Origin: Fidelibacterota bacterium
GTDB lineage: Bacteria > Fidelibacterota > Marinisomatia > Marinisomatales > TCS55
NCBI GenBank assembly: GCA_046861385.1
Contig: JBHHTW010000037.1
Span: 1 to 20,456 of the forward strand
Length of the DNA stretch: 20,456 nucleotides
Reading direction: 5' to 3'
Of the stretch, positions 1 to 8,993 are shown piece after piece. The notes beneath the pieces were generated by a model. That model was not told the DNA's origin, searched no databases, and saw nothing but the letters and a program-made list of their open reading frames with translations. Positions within the stretch are counted from its first letter, which is position 1. Each line of letters begins with the position of its first letter. The translations under genes were made by a program, and so were the position numbers.

Positions 1-999
1 CTTAAATAATTTTTCATCCAACCTGTAGACGGCCCAATTCGAATTTTCCTGAAACGAGATTAAATCGTGCGCTCCCATATAGCTGAATGAACTCCTGAGT
101 CCTGCTTCGATTTCGTTAATTATATTCTGTGCACTCCCTTTATATTTCACTATGGTTTCATCCCCTTCAATAAAATTGGGATTTTCCTTATGTTTCGCCT
201 GCACTGCAAAGGATGCAGATCCGCGATAGGCTTTATATAGTGTTCCGTCATATTTCAACACATTGCCTTCTGCTTCTTTTGTCCCGGCAAACATTTTTCC
301 CATCATAACCAAGTCCGCGCCTAAACCTAAGGCCTTAGCAATGTCTCCAACATTTGTTACGCCTCCATCTGCGATAATCAATGATTTTGACCCTGATTTC
401 TCCTTTTGATTTTTACATTCTTCCAGAGCAGTAACAATACCTTGCCCTACCCCCGTCATAATAGAAGTGCTGCACATGGATCCGTTTCCAATTCCCACCC
501 TGATGGCATCTACACCCAATTCTGATAAATAAGCGAAACCCTCTTGGGATGCTACATTTCCACAAATGATAAAAGTATTTTCCCTGGATCGAATATGGTC
601 AATCATGGGTTCAACGGAGCTGTTAAAACCGTTGGCGACATCCAGTATAAAGTATTTAGCCCCTAGATCATAAAATCGAGAGACCATTTCTTCCTCTCCA
701 AGTCCCACTGCAACGATCACATTCATTTTATCTTGAGTCAAAGAACGGTATTCCGCCAGTCTTTCTTCATTACCTTGGAATCGATGTATAATACCCAGCA
801 TATCATTTTCAAAAAATTTTCTGCACATTTTTAGCCCGCAAATTGTATCCATTGGGGCTGGTAAAATTGGCATACGCAGTTTTTTTGCAAATTCTCCCGA
901 TCCAATTTGAATCGAAAGGTCTATATCGTGTCTGCTCATTACATTGGATAAATGCCTGGGCACGAGTGAAATGGACGTATAGGTATATGTGGGGTTCAT
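1..999 (-). CDS. guaC: GMP reductase-like protein (IMPDH/GMPR family, no CBS domains); 3' end runs off the window
   Basis: Hand translation from ATG at 999 (preceded by GAGGA) is open to position 1: MNPTYTYTSISLVPRH...MPILPAPMDTI...GIIHRF...ILDVANG...ICGNVAS...DAIRVGIGNGSMCSTSIMTGVG...IIADGG...GDIAKALGLGADLVMMG...YKAYRGSAS...FIEG...GLRSSFSYMGA. Catalytic Cys-x-Thr is present. The short flap lacking Arg-Tyr and the GSAS motif favour GMPR over IMPDH. Not in the ORF track, presumably because there is no stop in the window. Family is secure; guaC versus guaB is less so. Confidence 0.8.
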   Translation of the reverse strand, partial: MNPTYTYTSISLVPRHLSNVMSRHDIDLSIQIGSGEFAKKLRMPILPAPMDTICGLKMCRKFFENDMLGIIHRFQGNEERLAEYRSLTQDKMNVIVAVGLGEEEMVSRFYDLGAKYFILDVANGFNSSVEPMIDHIRSRENTFIICGNVASQEGFAYLSELGVDAIRVGIGNGSMCSTSIMTGVGQGIVTALEECKNQKEKSGSKSLIIADGGVTNVGDIAKALGLGADLVMMGKMFAGTKEAEGNVLKYDGTLYKAYRGSASFAVQAKHKENPNFIEGDETIVKYKGSAQNIINEIEAGLRSSFSYMGAHDLISFQENSNWAVYRLDEKLFK

Positions 1000-1147
1000 G
1001 GATAATCCTCATTAAATAAGTTTAGTGAAAATTTACGAAATTGTATCGCCATTATACTCTATAAGAATTACCTTATTTACTAACAAATATGGTATTTTAG
1101 TACTGTTGTCCAATCAATTCATTATAAATATTTACCAACATGAGGGC

Positions 1148-1247
1148 GCTCCTTTCATTAGATCACAATTGTGGCCATGTCGTCTTTGGCAGACTTGCAT
1201 TTCAATTCGTCAGACCGGTAGGGTGAAAGCGCTATCCATAGAGGAGC
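1148..1247 (-). ncRNA. Candidate type III hammerhead-like structured RNA with enlarged, branched stem II
   Basis: Minus strand reads GCUCC-U-C / imperfect stem I / CUGACGA / AUUG...UAAU / GAAA / GGAGC. Core motifs are in hammerhead order and stems II and III pair, but the base of stem I is mismatched. Confidence 0.4.
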
Positions 1248-1366
1248 TGTAAACAAATTTTCTAACAGCATGCCATGAACTTTACACTTTTTAATTTATG
1301 CCGTATGCTTTTAAAACACTCAATTAAGTATTATTAGATGATGATAGTTATAGCCTAAATTTTTTC

Positions 1367-1708
1367 ATGCACGAAATGTCCCTCGCAGTAAATATAATTG
1401 AAATTGCCTGTCAAACAGCCAAACAAAATGAATCAAACAAAATTAATTCTATTGAAATCGAAGTGGGAAAACTAGCGGGTGTTTTAGAGGATTCCCTCAA
1501 ATTTTGTTTTCAAGCAGCAGGAATGAATACAATCGCAGAAAATGCTAAACTGAATATCACAACCATCCCAGGAAAAGGACATTGTAAAACCTGCAATCGA
1601 ACGATTGAAACGGATTCCTTTTTTTCACTATGCCCACACTGCAAAGGATTTGCTATTGATATCATTGAAGGAAAAGAATTAAAAATTAAATACATTAACG
1701 TTGATTAA
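1367..1708 (+). CDS. hypA: Hydrogenase nickel metallochaperone HypA
   Basis: N-terminal MHE Ni-binding motif, two CxxC Zn motifs (CKTC, CPHC), C-terminal GKELKI, 113 aa. Confidence 0.97.
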   Translation: MHEMSLAVNIIEIACQTAKQNESNKINSIEIEVGKLAGVLEDSLKFCFQAAGMNTIAENAKLNITTIPGKGHCKTCNRTIETDSFFSLCPHCKGFAIDIIEGKELKIKYINVD

Positions 1709-1793
1709 TTTACCCCATACTTAACGACTCTAAATAGATATCATAATGTATTATTCATAGAATCTGATGACCAAAATGTAGAAAGGAAAGCAC

Positions 1794-2552
1794 ATGTGTG
1801 ATACTTGCGGCTGTGGCAATCCCAACGACCATGCCACAATCCAAAAGCCAAATGAACCCCGGCATCATCCCCGCGACCATCATGACCATCAACACAATGA
1901 TGGAAAAATTCTTGAAGTCAAAAAGGATGTTTTAACGGAAAACAACTTACTCGCAGAACGGAACCGCGGTTTTTTCGAGGGAAAAGGAATCACCGCTCTC
2001 AACTTGGTGAGCTCCCCCGGTTCGGGCAAGACAACTCTCCTGGAAAAAACGATTAAAATCATTAAATCTGATTTATCTGTCGCCGTTATTGAAGGAGATC
2101 AACAAACCATGCGGGATGCAGACCGAATTGATCAAACGGGAGTTCCCGTCGTGCAAGTCAATACAGGAACCGGCTGCCATTTGGATGCTCACATGATACA
2201 GCATGCTATTCAGAAATTAGAAATTACAAATAATTCAATATTATTCATTGAAAATGTCGGTAACCTGGTCTGCCCTGCTCTATTTGATCTGGGAGAAGCA
2301 ATGAAAATTGTCATTATTAGTGTGACAGAAGGTGAAGATAAACCACAGAAATATCCTCATATGTTTGAAGCAGCGGATATTTGTATCATCAATAAAACTG
2401 ATCTGCTACCCTACGTAGATTTCAGCGTGGATCAGTGCAAACAAATTGCTTTGGAAGTTAATTACAAATTGAAATTTTTCGAAATATCTGCTACAACTGA
2501 AAATGGGTTGGATAACTGGATTACATGGTTGAGAAAACAACACATCTCTTAA
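1794..2552 (+). CDS. hypB: Hydrogenase nickel incorporation GTPase HypB
   Basis: MCDTCGC N-terminal metal site, His-rich linker, SSPGSGKT P-loop, GCHLDA, ENVGNLVCP, NKTD. Purine-rich AAAGGAAAG lies upstream. Confidence 0.97.
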   Translation: MCDTCGCGNPNDHATIQKPNEPRHHPRDHHDHQHNDGKILEVKKDVLTENNLLAERNRGFFEGKGITALNLVSSPGSGKTTLLEKTIKIIKSDLSVAVIEGDQQTMRDADRIDQTGVPVVQVNTGTGCHLDAHMIQHAIQKLEITNNSILFIENVGNLVCPALFDLGEAMKIVIISVTEGEDKPQKYPHMFEAADICIINKTDLLPYVDFSVDQCKQIALEVNYKLKFFEISATTENGLDNWITWLRKQHIS

Positions 2553-4810
2553 CCAAAAACCCTCAGAATATTCTCCGAAAACAAATCATGATTAACGGTG
2601 TTGTTCAGGGAGTCGGTTTTAGACCATTCATTTTCAATTTAGCCAATCGCTATCACCTGTCAGGAAATGTTTCCAATTCTGCCGACGGTGTCATTATTGA
2701 AGTGCAAGGGCTTGAATTAAACATTAATGAATTTTTACAATCAGTTAGAAATGAAGCACCACCAATTTCTATGATTAGTTCCCTGGGGTCCATGACCATT
2801 CCATTGGCGCAGGAACAGGATTTTACAATTCTCCACTCACAAAATAATGCATCTGCCACAACACTGATTTCACCCGATATTGCCATATGCCCTGATTGTA
2901 CTTCAGAATTATTTGACCCTCATAACAGACGTTTTCTCTATCCATTTATCAATTGCACCAATTGCGGTCCCAGGTTTACTATTATTAAAAACATCCCTTA
3001 TGACAGGCCATTTACGTCTATGACACATTTTACAATGTGTCCATCCTGTCAGGATGAGTACGATACTCCCTCCGACCGCCGTTTCCATGCCCAGCCAAAC
3101 GCTTGCCCGGACTGCGGACCTCAATGTGATATGCTAGACTCTGAAGGGCGTTCCATTCCGGAGCCAAACCCGATCTCCTCGGTAGTGGATGCTTTAATAA
3201 ATGGAAATATTGTTGCCATCAAAGGATTGGGAGGTTATCACCTAGCAGTAGATGCAACGAGTGATGAGGCGGTTACCCGCCTTCGCTATCGAAAAGAAAG
3301 GGAAGCAAAACCCTTTGCTATCATGGTAAAAAATTTGAATGATGCCAATCTTTATTTTAACTTGTCAGAAAATGAAAAAAGTGAATTGCAATCCTTTCCC
3401 CATCCGATTGTTTTGGTTGAACCAAAATCGAAATCACCGTTTGCAGAATCAATTGCCCCGGGACTTGGACGAATTGGCATCATGTTACCCTACACTCCGT
3501 TACATCACTTGTTATTTTATTATCATTCGCTCCCATTGGTTATGACCAGTGGAAATATTTCTGATGAACCTATTTGTATCGATAATTCTGATGCCGTCAA
3601 TCGGCTTAAAGGGATTGCCGATTTCTTCCTGGTCCATAATAGAGATATCCTCACTCGTACAGATGATTCTGTCCTGACGATCCAGAATGGAAAAAGGACA
3701 TTCTTACGTAGATCTCGCGGATTCGTTCCTTTGCCGATCCAATTACCTTTTGCTATTCCATCCGTTTTAGCTGTTGGGTCATTTTTAAAAAACACGATTT
3801 GTGTTACCCGGGGGGATCAGGCATTTTTATCCCAACATATTGGGGATCTGGATAACGCGTCTTCATGTCGTTTTTTCAACGAGGTAATCGATTATATTCT
3901 TGCTCTCCACCAAATAGAACCTGAAGCGATCATTCACGATATGCACCCTGATATTTATTCATCTATTGCAGCGAACGAGTTTAATTTACAGACGATTTCT
4001 GTTCAGCACCATCATGCTCATGTAGCGGCAACCATGGCAGAACATCACTTGCATGGACCCACCTTGGGTCTTGCATTAGATGGTTTTGGTCTTTCGGAAA
4101 ATAATGAAGCCTGGGGAGGGGAATTGTTCATTGTTAAAGGGTATTCTGTCAAGAAATTGGGATCGTTGATTCCTTTGCCTCATCCCGGTGGCGATGCCGC
4201 ATCAAAACAGGCGTGGCGCATGGGGGCTTCCGTCCTGTATTGCCTCAATAAAACTGATTTAATTCACTCCCGTTTTTCTCATATTCCCCATATTGAAAAA
4301 ACGGTGGAAATGATGGGTAAATCCGAATTGACTTCCAATACAACCGGCTGTGGAAGATGGTTTGATGCAGCTGCTTCTCTCTTGGGTATTTGTGATACTC
4401 AGGCCTATGAAGGACAGGCTCCAATGCTCTTGGAATCACTGGTTACAAAACCGGAAATACTCTCCCATGGATGGTCTATTGACCAAAGTGTTTTGAATTT
4501 GCTTCCACTCATGGATTATTTATTGGAATGCACTCCAGTCAAAGGGGCAAATATTTTTCATGGTACATTAGCTGCCGGGATAGTGGACTGGGTGACCCGC
4601 ATTGGAAATGATAGAGGGATAAAAACCATCGCTTGTGGAGGCGGATGTTTTGTTAATGGCATATTGGTAAAATTACTCACCGATCAATTCTATCAAAAAG
4701 GATTCAAAGTCTATTTTCCAAATCAGGTCCCACCGGGAGATGGAGGAATCAGCTTTGGGCAAGCCTGGGTTGGCAGTCTGAAGCTAATGGGTCGAATGGA
4801 AAATTCATGA
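2525..4810 (+). CDS. hypF: Carbamoyltransferase HypF
   Basis: Acylphosphatase-like GVVQGVGFRPF, Zn fingers (CPDC/CTNC, CPSC/CPDC), IKGLGGYHL, TSGN, SQHIGDL, QHHHAH, PPGDGGISFGQA. Confidence 0.97.
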   Translation: MVEKTTHLLTKNPQNILRKQIMINGVVQGVGFRPFIFNLANRYHLSGNVSNSADGVIIEVQGLELNINEFLQSVRNEAPPISMISSLGSMTIPLAQEQDFTILHSQNNASATTLISPDIAICPDCTSELFDPHNRRFLYPFINCTNCGPRFTIIKNIPYDRPFTSMTHFTMCPSCQDEYDTPSDRRFHAQPNACPDCGPQCDMLDSEGRSIPEPNPISSVVDALINGNIVAIKGLGGYHLAVDATSDEAVTRLRYRKEREAKPFAIMVKNLNDANLYFNLSENEKSELQSFPHPIVLVEPKSKSPFAESIAPGLGRIGIMLPYTPLHHLLFYYHSLPLVMTSGNISDEPICIDNSDAVNRLKGIADFFLVHNRDILTRTDDSVLTIQNGKRTFLRRSRGFVPLPIQLPFAIPSVLAVGSFLKNTICVTRGDQAFLSQHIGDLDNASSCRFFNEVIDYILALHQIEPEAIIHDMHPDIYSSIAANEFNLQTISVQHHHAHVAATMAEHHLHGPTLGLALDGFGLSENNEAWGGELFIVKGYSVKKLGSLIPLPHPGGDAASKQAWRMGASVLYCLNKTDLIHSRFSHIPHIEKTVEMMGKSELTSNTTGCGRWFDAAASLLGICDTQAYEGQAPMLLESLVTKPEILSHGWSIDQSVLNLLPLMDYLLECTPVKGANIFHGTLAAGIVDWVTRIGNDRGIKTIACGGGCFVNGILVKLLTDQFYQKGFKVYFPNQVPPGDGGISFGQAWVGSLKLMGRMENS

Positions 4811-5943
4811 AATATATAAATGAATTCAGGAATGGAACAGTTGCTCGAGAATTATCCAGACTCATTCATCAGGAAGTACTTCCAAATAAACTATACAATA
4901 TCATGGAATTTTGCGGCAGCCACACTCATGCCATCTTTCGTCACGGCATCCAAGACCTTCTTCCTGAATCTATTCATTTAATTCACGGTCCAGGATGTCC
5001 GGTTTGTGTTTTACCCATTAATCGTCTCAACATGGCTATTGAATTAGTCTGTCAAACGGATATTATATTATGCTCATACGGCGACATGATTCGTGTTCCC
5101 GGAAAAGATGGTGTTTCCCTCCAATCCGTCCGCGCGTCCGGAGCTGATGTCCGCATAGTCTATTCAGTTATGGATGCATTACAGATTGCTAGATTAACCC
5201 CAAGTAAAAAGGTTGTCTTTTTTGCCATAGGGTTTGAAACAACGACTCCTCCGACAGCATTGGCTTTAAAAATTGCAAAAAAAGAAAATCTCACTAACTT
5301 TTATGTTTTTTGCAACCACGTATTGACTCCCGGGGCCATTGCCGGTATACTGGATAATCCGGAAATACGATCGTTGGGATCCATACCCATTGACGGTTTC
5401 ATCGGGCCAGCTCACGTGAGTGCAGTCATTGGGTGCCAACCCTATGAATATTTTGCTGAAGAATACCAAAAACCAGTTGTCATAGCCGGTTTTGAACCAC
5501 TGGATATTTTACAGGCGATTCGAATGCTGGTAGCCCAAATGAATGACGGACGAGCTGAGGTCGAAAATGAATATAGTCGTGCTGTAAAGCGAGAAGGGAA
5601 TCAAAGATCAAAACAACTCGTTGCAGATGTCTTTGAACTAAGAAAGATGTTTCAGTGGCGAGGATTGGGATCCGTGCCATACAGCGGATTAAAAATAAAA
5701 AGTGCGTTTTCATTGTGGGACGCTGAATGTCAGTTTCGTATTTCGGAGCAAAACATTGCTGATCATAAAGCGTGTGAATGTGCCGCTGTACTGCGCGGAG
5801 TAAAAAAACCGCCTGAATGTAAAGTATTCGGGTTAAGCTGCACACCGGAGACTCCATTGGGCAGTTGTATGGTATCTGCTGAAGGCGCATGTGCGGCTTA
5901 TTATACTTATGGACGATTTCGAACTCAAGGAATAGCAACATGA
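4807..5943 (+). CDS. hypD: Hydrogenase formation protein HypD
   Basis: MEFCGSHTH, HGPGCPVC, GFETT, C-terminal Fe-S cysteines and GSCMVSAEGACAAYY. ATGA overlap with the hypF stop. Confidence 0.97.
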   Translation: MKYINEFRNGTVARELSRLIHQEVLPNKLYNIMEFCGSHTHAIFRHGIQDLLPESIHLIHGPGCPVCVLPINRLNMAIELVCQTDIILCSYGDMIRVPGKDGVSLQSVRASGADVRIVYSVMDALQIARLTPSKKVVFFAIGFETTTPPTALALKIAKKENLTNFYVFCNHVLTPGAIAGILDNPEIRSLGSIPIDGFIGPAHVSAVIGCQPYEYFAEEYQKPVVIAGFEPLDILQAIRMLVAQMNDGRAEVENEYSRAVKREGNQRSKQLVADVFELRKMFQWRGLGSVPYSGLKIKSAFSLWDAECQFRISEQNIADHKACECAAVLRGVKKPPECKVFGLSCTPETPLGSCMVSAEGACAAYYTYGRFRTQGIAT

Positions 5944-6995
5944 AAAAATTGGCCCGAAAAAAGTTTTCTCAAAAACGATTAAATATCCGAAATGGAAAAA
6001 TAGAAATGAACCACGGCAGTGGTGGCAGAGCGATGGCCCAGCTGATTGATGAATTATTTCAGGATGCATTTGCAAATCCATACTTACTCCAAAAAAATGA
6101 TCAAGCTACTCTTCCGATAGAAAAAAGTAAAATTGCTTTTACGACCGATAGTTTTGTAATCAATCCATTATTTTTCCCAGGTGGAGATATTGGAAGTTTA
6201 GCAGTCCACGGGACTGTCAATGATCTGGCCATGTCGGGAGCACAGCCATTATATCTATCGGCAGGGTTCATTCTGGAAGAAGGTTTTCCTTTATCTGATT
6301 TGAAACGCATTGTTGAATCAATGGCTGTTACTGCAAAAAACGCCGGAGTAGACATTGTCACCGGAGACACCAAAGTAGTCTATCGAGGACAGGCTGATGG
6401 AGTATATATTAACACATCAGGGATCGGGATCATTTCCCATGAGGTTCATATTTCTGCTGAGCGAGCCATCCCTGGAGATGCTATTCTACTTTCCGGTCCA
6501 ATTGGAGACCACGGGATTGCAGTCATGGCTGAACGTGAAAGTCTATCATACTCGACTTCTCTTTTATCCGATGCTGCTTCTTTAAATGGATTAGTAGACA
6601 CCATGGTGAAAGCTGTAAAAGACATTCACGTGATGCGCGATCTGACCCGAGGAGGCCTTGCCGCTGCTTTAAATGAAATAGCATCCACAGCCGGAGTTGG
6701 AATGATCATTAATGAATCTGATATTCCCGTCCGTCCGGAGGTACAAACTGCATGTGAAATGCTGGGTTATGACCCTCTTTATGTCGCAAACGAAGGGAAA
6801 TTAATGGCAATCTGCCAAGCAGACTCCGCAGAAATATTGCTAGAAGCAATGCATAGTCATCCGTTGGGTTCTCAGAGCTCCATCATTGGATATGTGGTCA
6901 ATGACCCTAACTCTTTTGTGGAAATGGTCACCCAGTTAGGAGGAAGACGATTGGTTGACTGGATATTGGGAGATCAACTTCCGCGTATATGTTAA
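5940..6995 (+). CDS. hypE: Carbamoyl dehydratase HypE
   Basis: HGSGG, FTTDSFV, GTVNDLAM, VTGDTKVV, DLTRGG and C-terminal LPRIC. Start placed at ATG 5940 (ATGA overlap with the hypD stop) rather than 5889. Confidence 0.96.
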   Translation: MKKLARKKFSQKRLNIRNGKIEMNHGSGGRAMAQLIDELFQDAFANPYLLQKNDQATLPIEKSKIAFTTDSFVINPLFFPGGDIGSLAVHGTVNDLAMSGAQPLYLSAGFILEEGFPLSDLKRIVESMAVTAKNAGVDIVTGDTKVVYRGQADGVYINTSGIGIISHEVHISAERAIPGDAILLSGPIGDHGIAVMAERESLSYSTSLLSDAASLNGLVDTMVKAVKDIHVMRDLTRGGLAAALNEIASTAGVGMIINESDIPVRPEVQTACEMLGYDPLYVANEGKLMAICQADSAEILLEAMHSHPLGSQSSIIGYVVNDPNSFVEMVTQLGGRRLVDWILGDQLPRIC

Positions 6996-6998
6996 CTC

Positions 6999-8708
6999 AT
7001 GAAAATATTAATATTAACCCATAGTTTTAATTCTCTTGCCCAGCGGTTTTATACAGTTCTGGAAGATTTGGGTCATGAAATAACAGTTGAATTTGATATT
7101 CACGAATCAGTTACAATTGAAGCAGTGAATATTGTTAACCCTGATTTGATTATTGCTCCATATTTACGCAGGAAAATTCCGGAAGAAGTCACTTCGAAAG
7201 TCTTATGCTGGATTCTTCACCCTGGGCCTCCCGGCGATCGGGGTCCTTCTGCACTGGATTGGGCCATCCTCACCGGTGAATCAACATGGGGAGTTACTTT
7301 ATTCGAAGCAACCAATGAGTACGATGCCGGACCCGTCTGGGCATCCACCACTTTTCCAATGAGACCAGCCTCAAAAAGTTCTATTTACCGGAGAGAAGTT
7401 GCCGATGCAGCTGTTGAATGCCTGATTTCAGCCTTGAATCAATACATGACATCAGGAAGATCCGGTATCCAAAGTCATACTTCACCGGTCGGTCAGTTTC
7501 AACCAAAAATGCTTCAGGAGAATCGAAAAATTAATTGGAATGAGGATACCACTGAATTGGCTCTTAGAAAAATTCGATCAGGTGACGGTAGTCCGGGTAT
7601 TCTCGATAAAATAAATGGAATTCCTTTTTACCTCCATGATGCTCAACAAGCCTTTGATTTGAAGGGAAAACCCGGAGAAATACTTGGTATAAATTCTGGA
7701 GCTGTTTGCAGGGCAACTGTAGATGGAGCTATCTGGATTAAACAATTACGCCCACCGCGGAATACAGAAGGGAGAGGAATAAAATTACCAGCAGATCAAT
7801 GGATAAATTATGTTGGATTAAATCTGCCTGTGGTCGAAAAATCTCCACAAAAACTGGCTTATTTTGAATCAAGAGATGGAATTGGATATTTCCATTTCCC
7901 TTTTTATAACGGTGCTATGAGCACTCTCCAATGCCAGGAATTAACAAAATTAATTCAGAATAATAAAATGAGAAGTGAGAGAGTTTGGGTGCTTGCTGGT
8001 GGTCCAGATTTCTGGTCCAATGGTATTCACCTTGGCCAAATCGAGCAAGCGGAAAGTCCGGCTGACGAATCAACCAATAATATCATTGCTATGAATGATT
8101 TAGTGAGAGAAATTATTTTTTCTACTGATAAGTATATTATAGCTGCTCTGTGTAGTAATGCCGCAGCCGGTGGCGTGTTTCTTTCTCTATCGGCAGATAA
8201 GATAATCGCAAAAGAAAGTGTTGTCTTAAATCCCCATTATCGAAATATGGGAAATTTGTATGGATCAGAATATTGGACATATCTCCTTCCCAGAAGATTA
8301 TCATTAACAAATTCAGATTCATTGATTCATAGAAGATTACCTATGAGCGCAAAACGAGCAAAAGATATTGGTTTAATCGACAATGTCTTTTCTGGAGATC
8401 ATGATTCATTTTGGATAAAAATTCATGAATATGCTAAATCAATGAATACAGGAAAAACAATTCCCTCGTTATTAATGAGTAAATCAAATAACTTGATAAG
8501 CGATAATCAGAAGAAAACCATTGATTCTTTTCGAGATATGGAAATGAAAAAAATGCATTTAAATTTTTACGGATTTGATCCCAGCTATCATATTGCTCGA
8601 TATAATTTTATCCGAAAGCGACCCATCAGCTGGACCCCCCTTTATCTGGCGAAACATCGTTCTTCTTTGCCCGGTAATCATTATGAAAATACAGAGAAGC
8701 GGGATTAG
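6999..8708 (+). CDS. hypX: HypX/HoxX CO-generating maturation factor (formyltransferase plus enoyl-CoA hydratase-like domains)
   Basis: MKILILTHSFNSLAQR, HPGPPGDRGPSALDW, YDAGPVW, FYNGAMST, FWSNGIHL, NPHYRNMGNLYGSEYWTY; 569 aa; directly after hypE. Confidence 0.95.
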   Translation: MKILILTHSFNSLAQRFYTVLEDLGHEITVEFDIHESVTIEAVNIVNPDLIIAPYLRRKIPEEVTSKVLCWILHPGPPGDRGPSALDWAILTGESTWGVTLFEATNEYDAGPVWASTTFPMRPASKSSIYRREVADAAVECLISALNQYMTSGRSGIQSHTSPVGQFQPKMLQENRKINWNEDTTELALRKIRSGDGSPGILDKINGIPFYLHDAQQAFDLKGKPGEILGINSGAVCRATVDGAIWIKQLRPPRNTEGRGIKLPADQWINYVGLNLPVVEKSPQKLAYFESRDGIGYFHFPFYNGAMSTLQCQELTKLIQNNKMRSERVWVLAGGPDFWSNGIHLGQIEQAESPADESTNNIIAMNDLVREIIFSTDKYIIAALCSNAAAGGVFLSLSADKIIAKESVVLNPHYRNMGNLYGSEYWTYLLPRRLSLTNSDSLIHRRLPMSAKRAKDIGLIDNVFSGDHDSFWIKIHEYAKSMNTGKTIPSLLMSKSNNLISDNQKKTIDSFRDMEMKKMHLNFYGFDPSYHIARYNFIRKRPISWTPLYLAKHRSSLPGNHYENTEKRD

Positions 8709-8711
8709 TTT

Positions 8712-8993
8712 ATGTGTTTAGCTATTCCGGGAAAGCTAGTGAAAAAGTTCCAAAAAAATGGATTATGGATGGGTCGTATCGATTATGGAGGGACGAGTCA
8801 TGAAGTGTGTCTGGAATATGTGCCTGAAGTTGAAGTGGGACAATATGCGATCGTTCATGCCGGATTTGCTCTGTCAATTCTCGATGAAGAGGAAGCCAAA
8901 AAAACACTCGATAGCTGGTCGGAAATGATTTCTGTTGTGGAACAACAAGGTCTAGATGTTTATGGGAATCCCTTAAAGAAAAAACAAGAATGA
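8712..8993 (+). CDS. hypC: HypC/HupF family hydrogenase chaperone
   Basis: MCLAIPG N-terminus, VGQYAIVHAGFAL, LDEEEA. Confidence 0.96.
   Translation: MCLAIPGKLVKKFQKNGLWMGRIDYGGTSHEVCLEYVPEVEVGQYAIVHAGFALSILDEEEAKKTLDSWSEMISVVEQQGLDVYGNPLKKKQE

Noticed and set aside
809-1012. 67-aa minus-strand ORF in the track
   Set aside because: Out-of-frame shadow over the start of the real GMPR-family gene (ATG at 999).
1187-1200. TGGCAGACTTGCAT as a sigma-54 promoter for hypA
   Set aside because: GG-to-GC spacing is 7 nt, not the required 10.
1025-1252. 75-aa plus-strand ORF in the guaC-hypA spacer
   Set aside because: GTG start with no RBS and no recognisable motif; it overlaps the probable promoters and the structured RNA candidate.
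1765-1784. Second CTGATGA...GAAA hammerhead-like match before hypB
   Set aside because: No stem II pairing, and the GAAA is part of the hypB ribosome-binding region.
5889-5939. N-terminal extension of HypE in the ORF track
   Set aside because: Lies inside the conserved hypD 3' end; the ATGA-coupled start at 5940 is more plausible.
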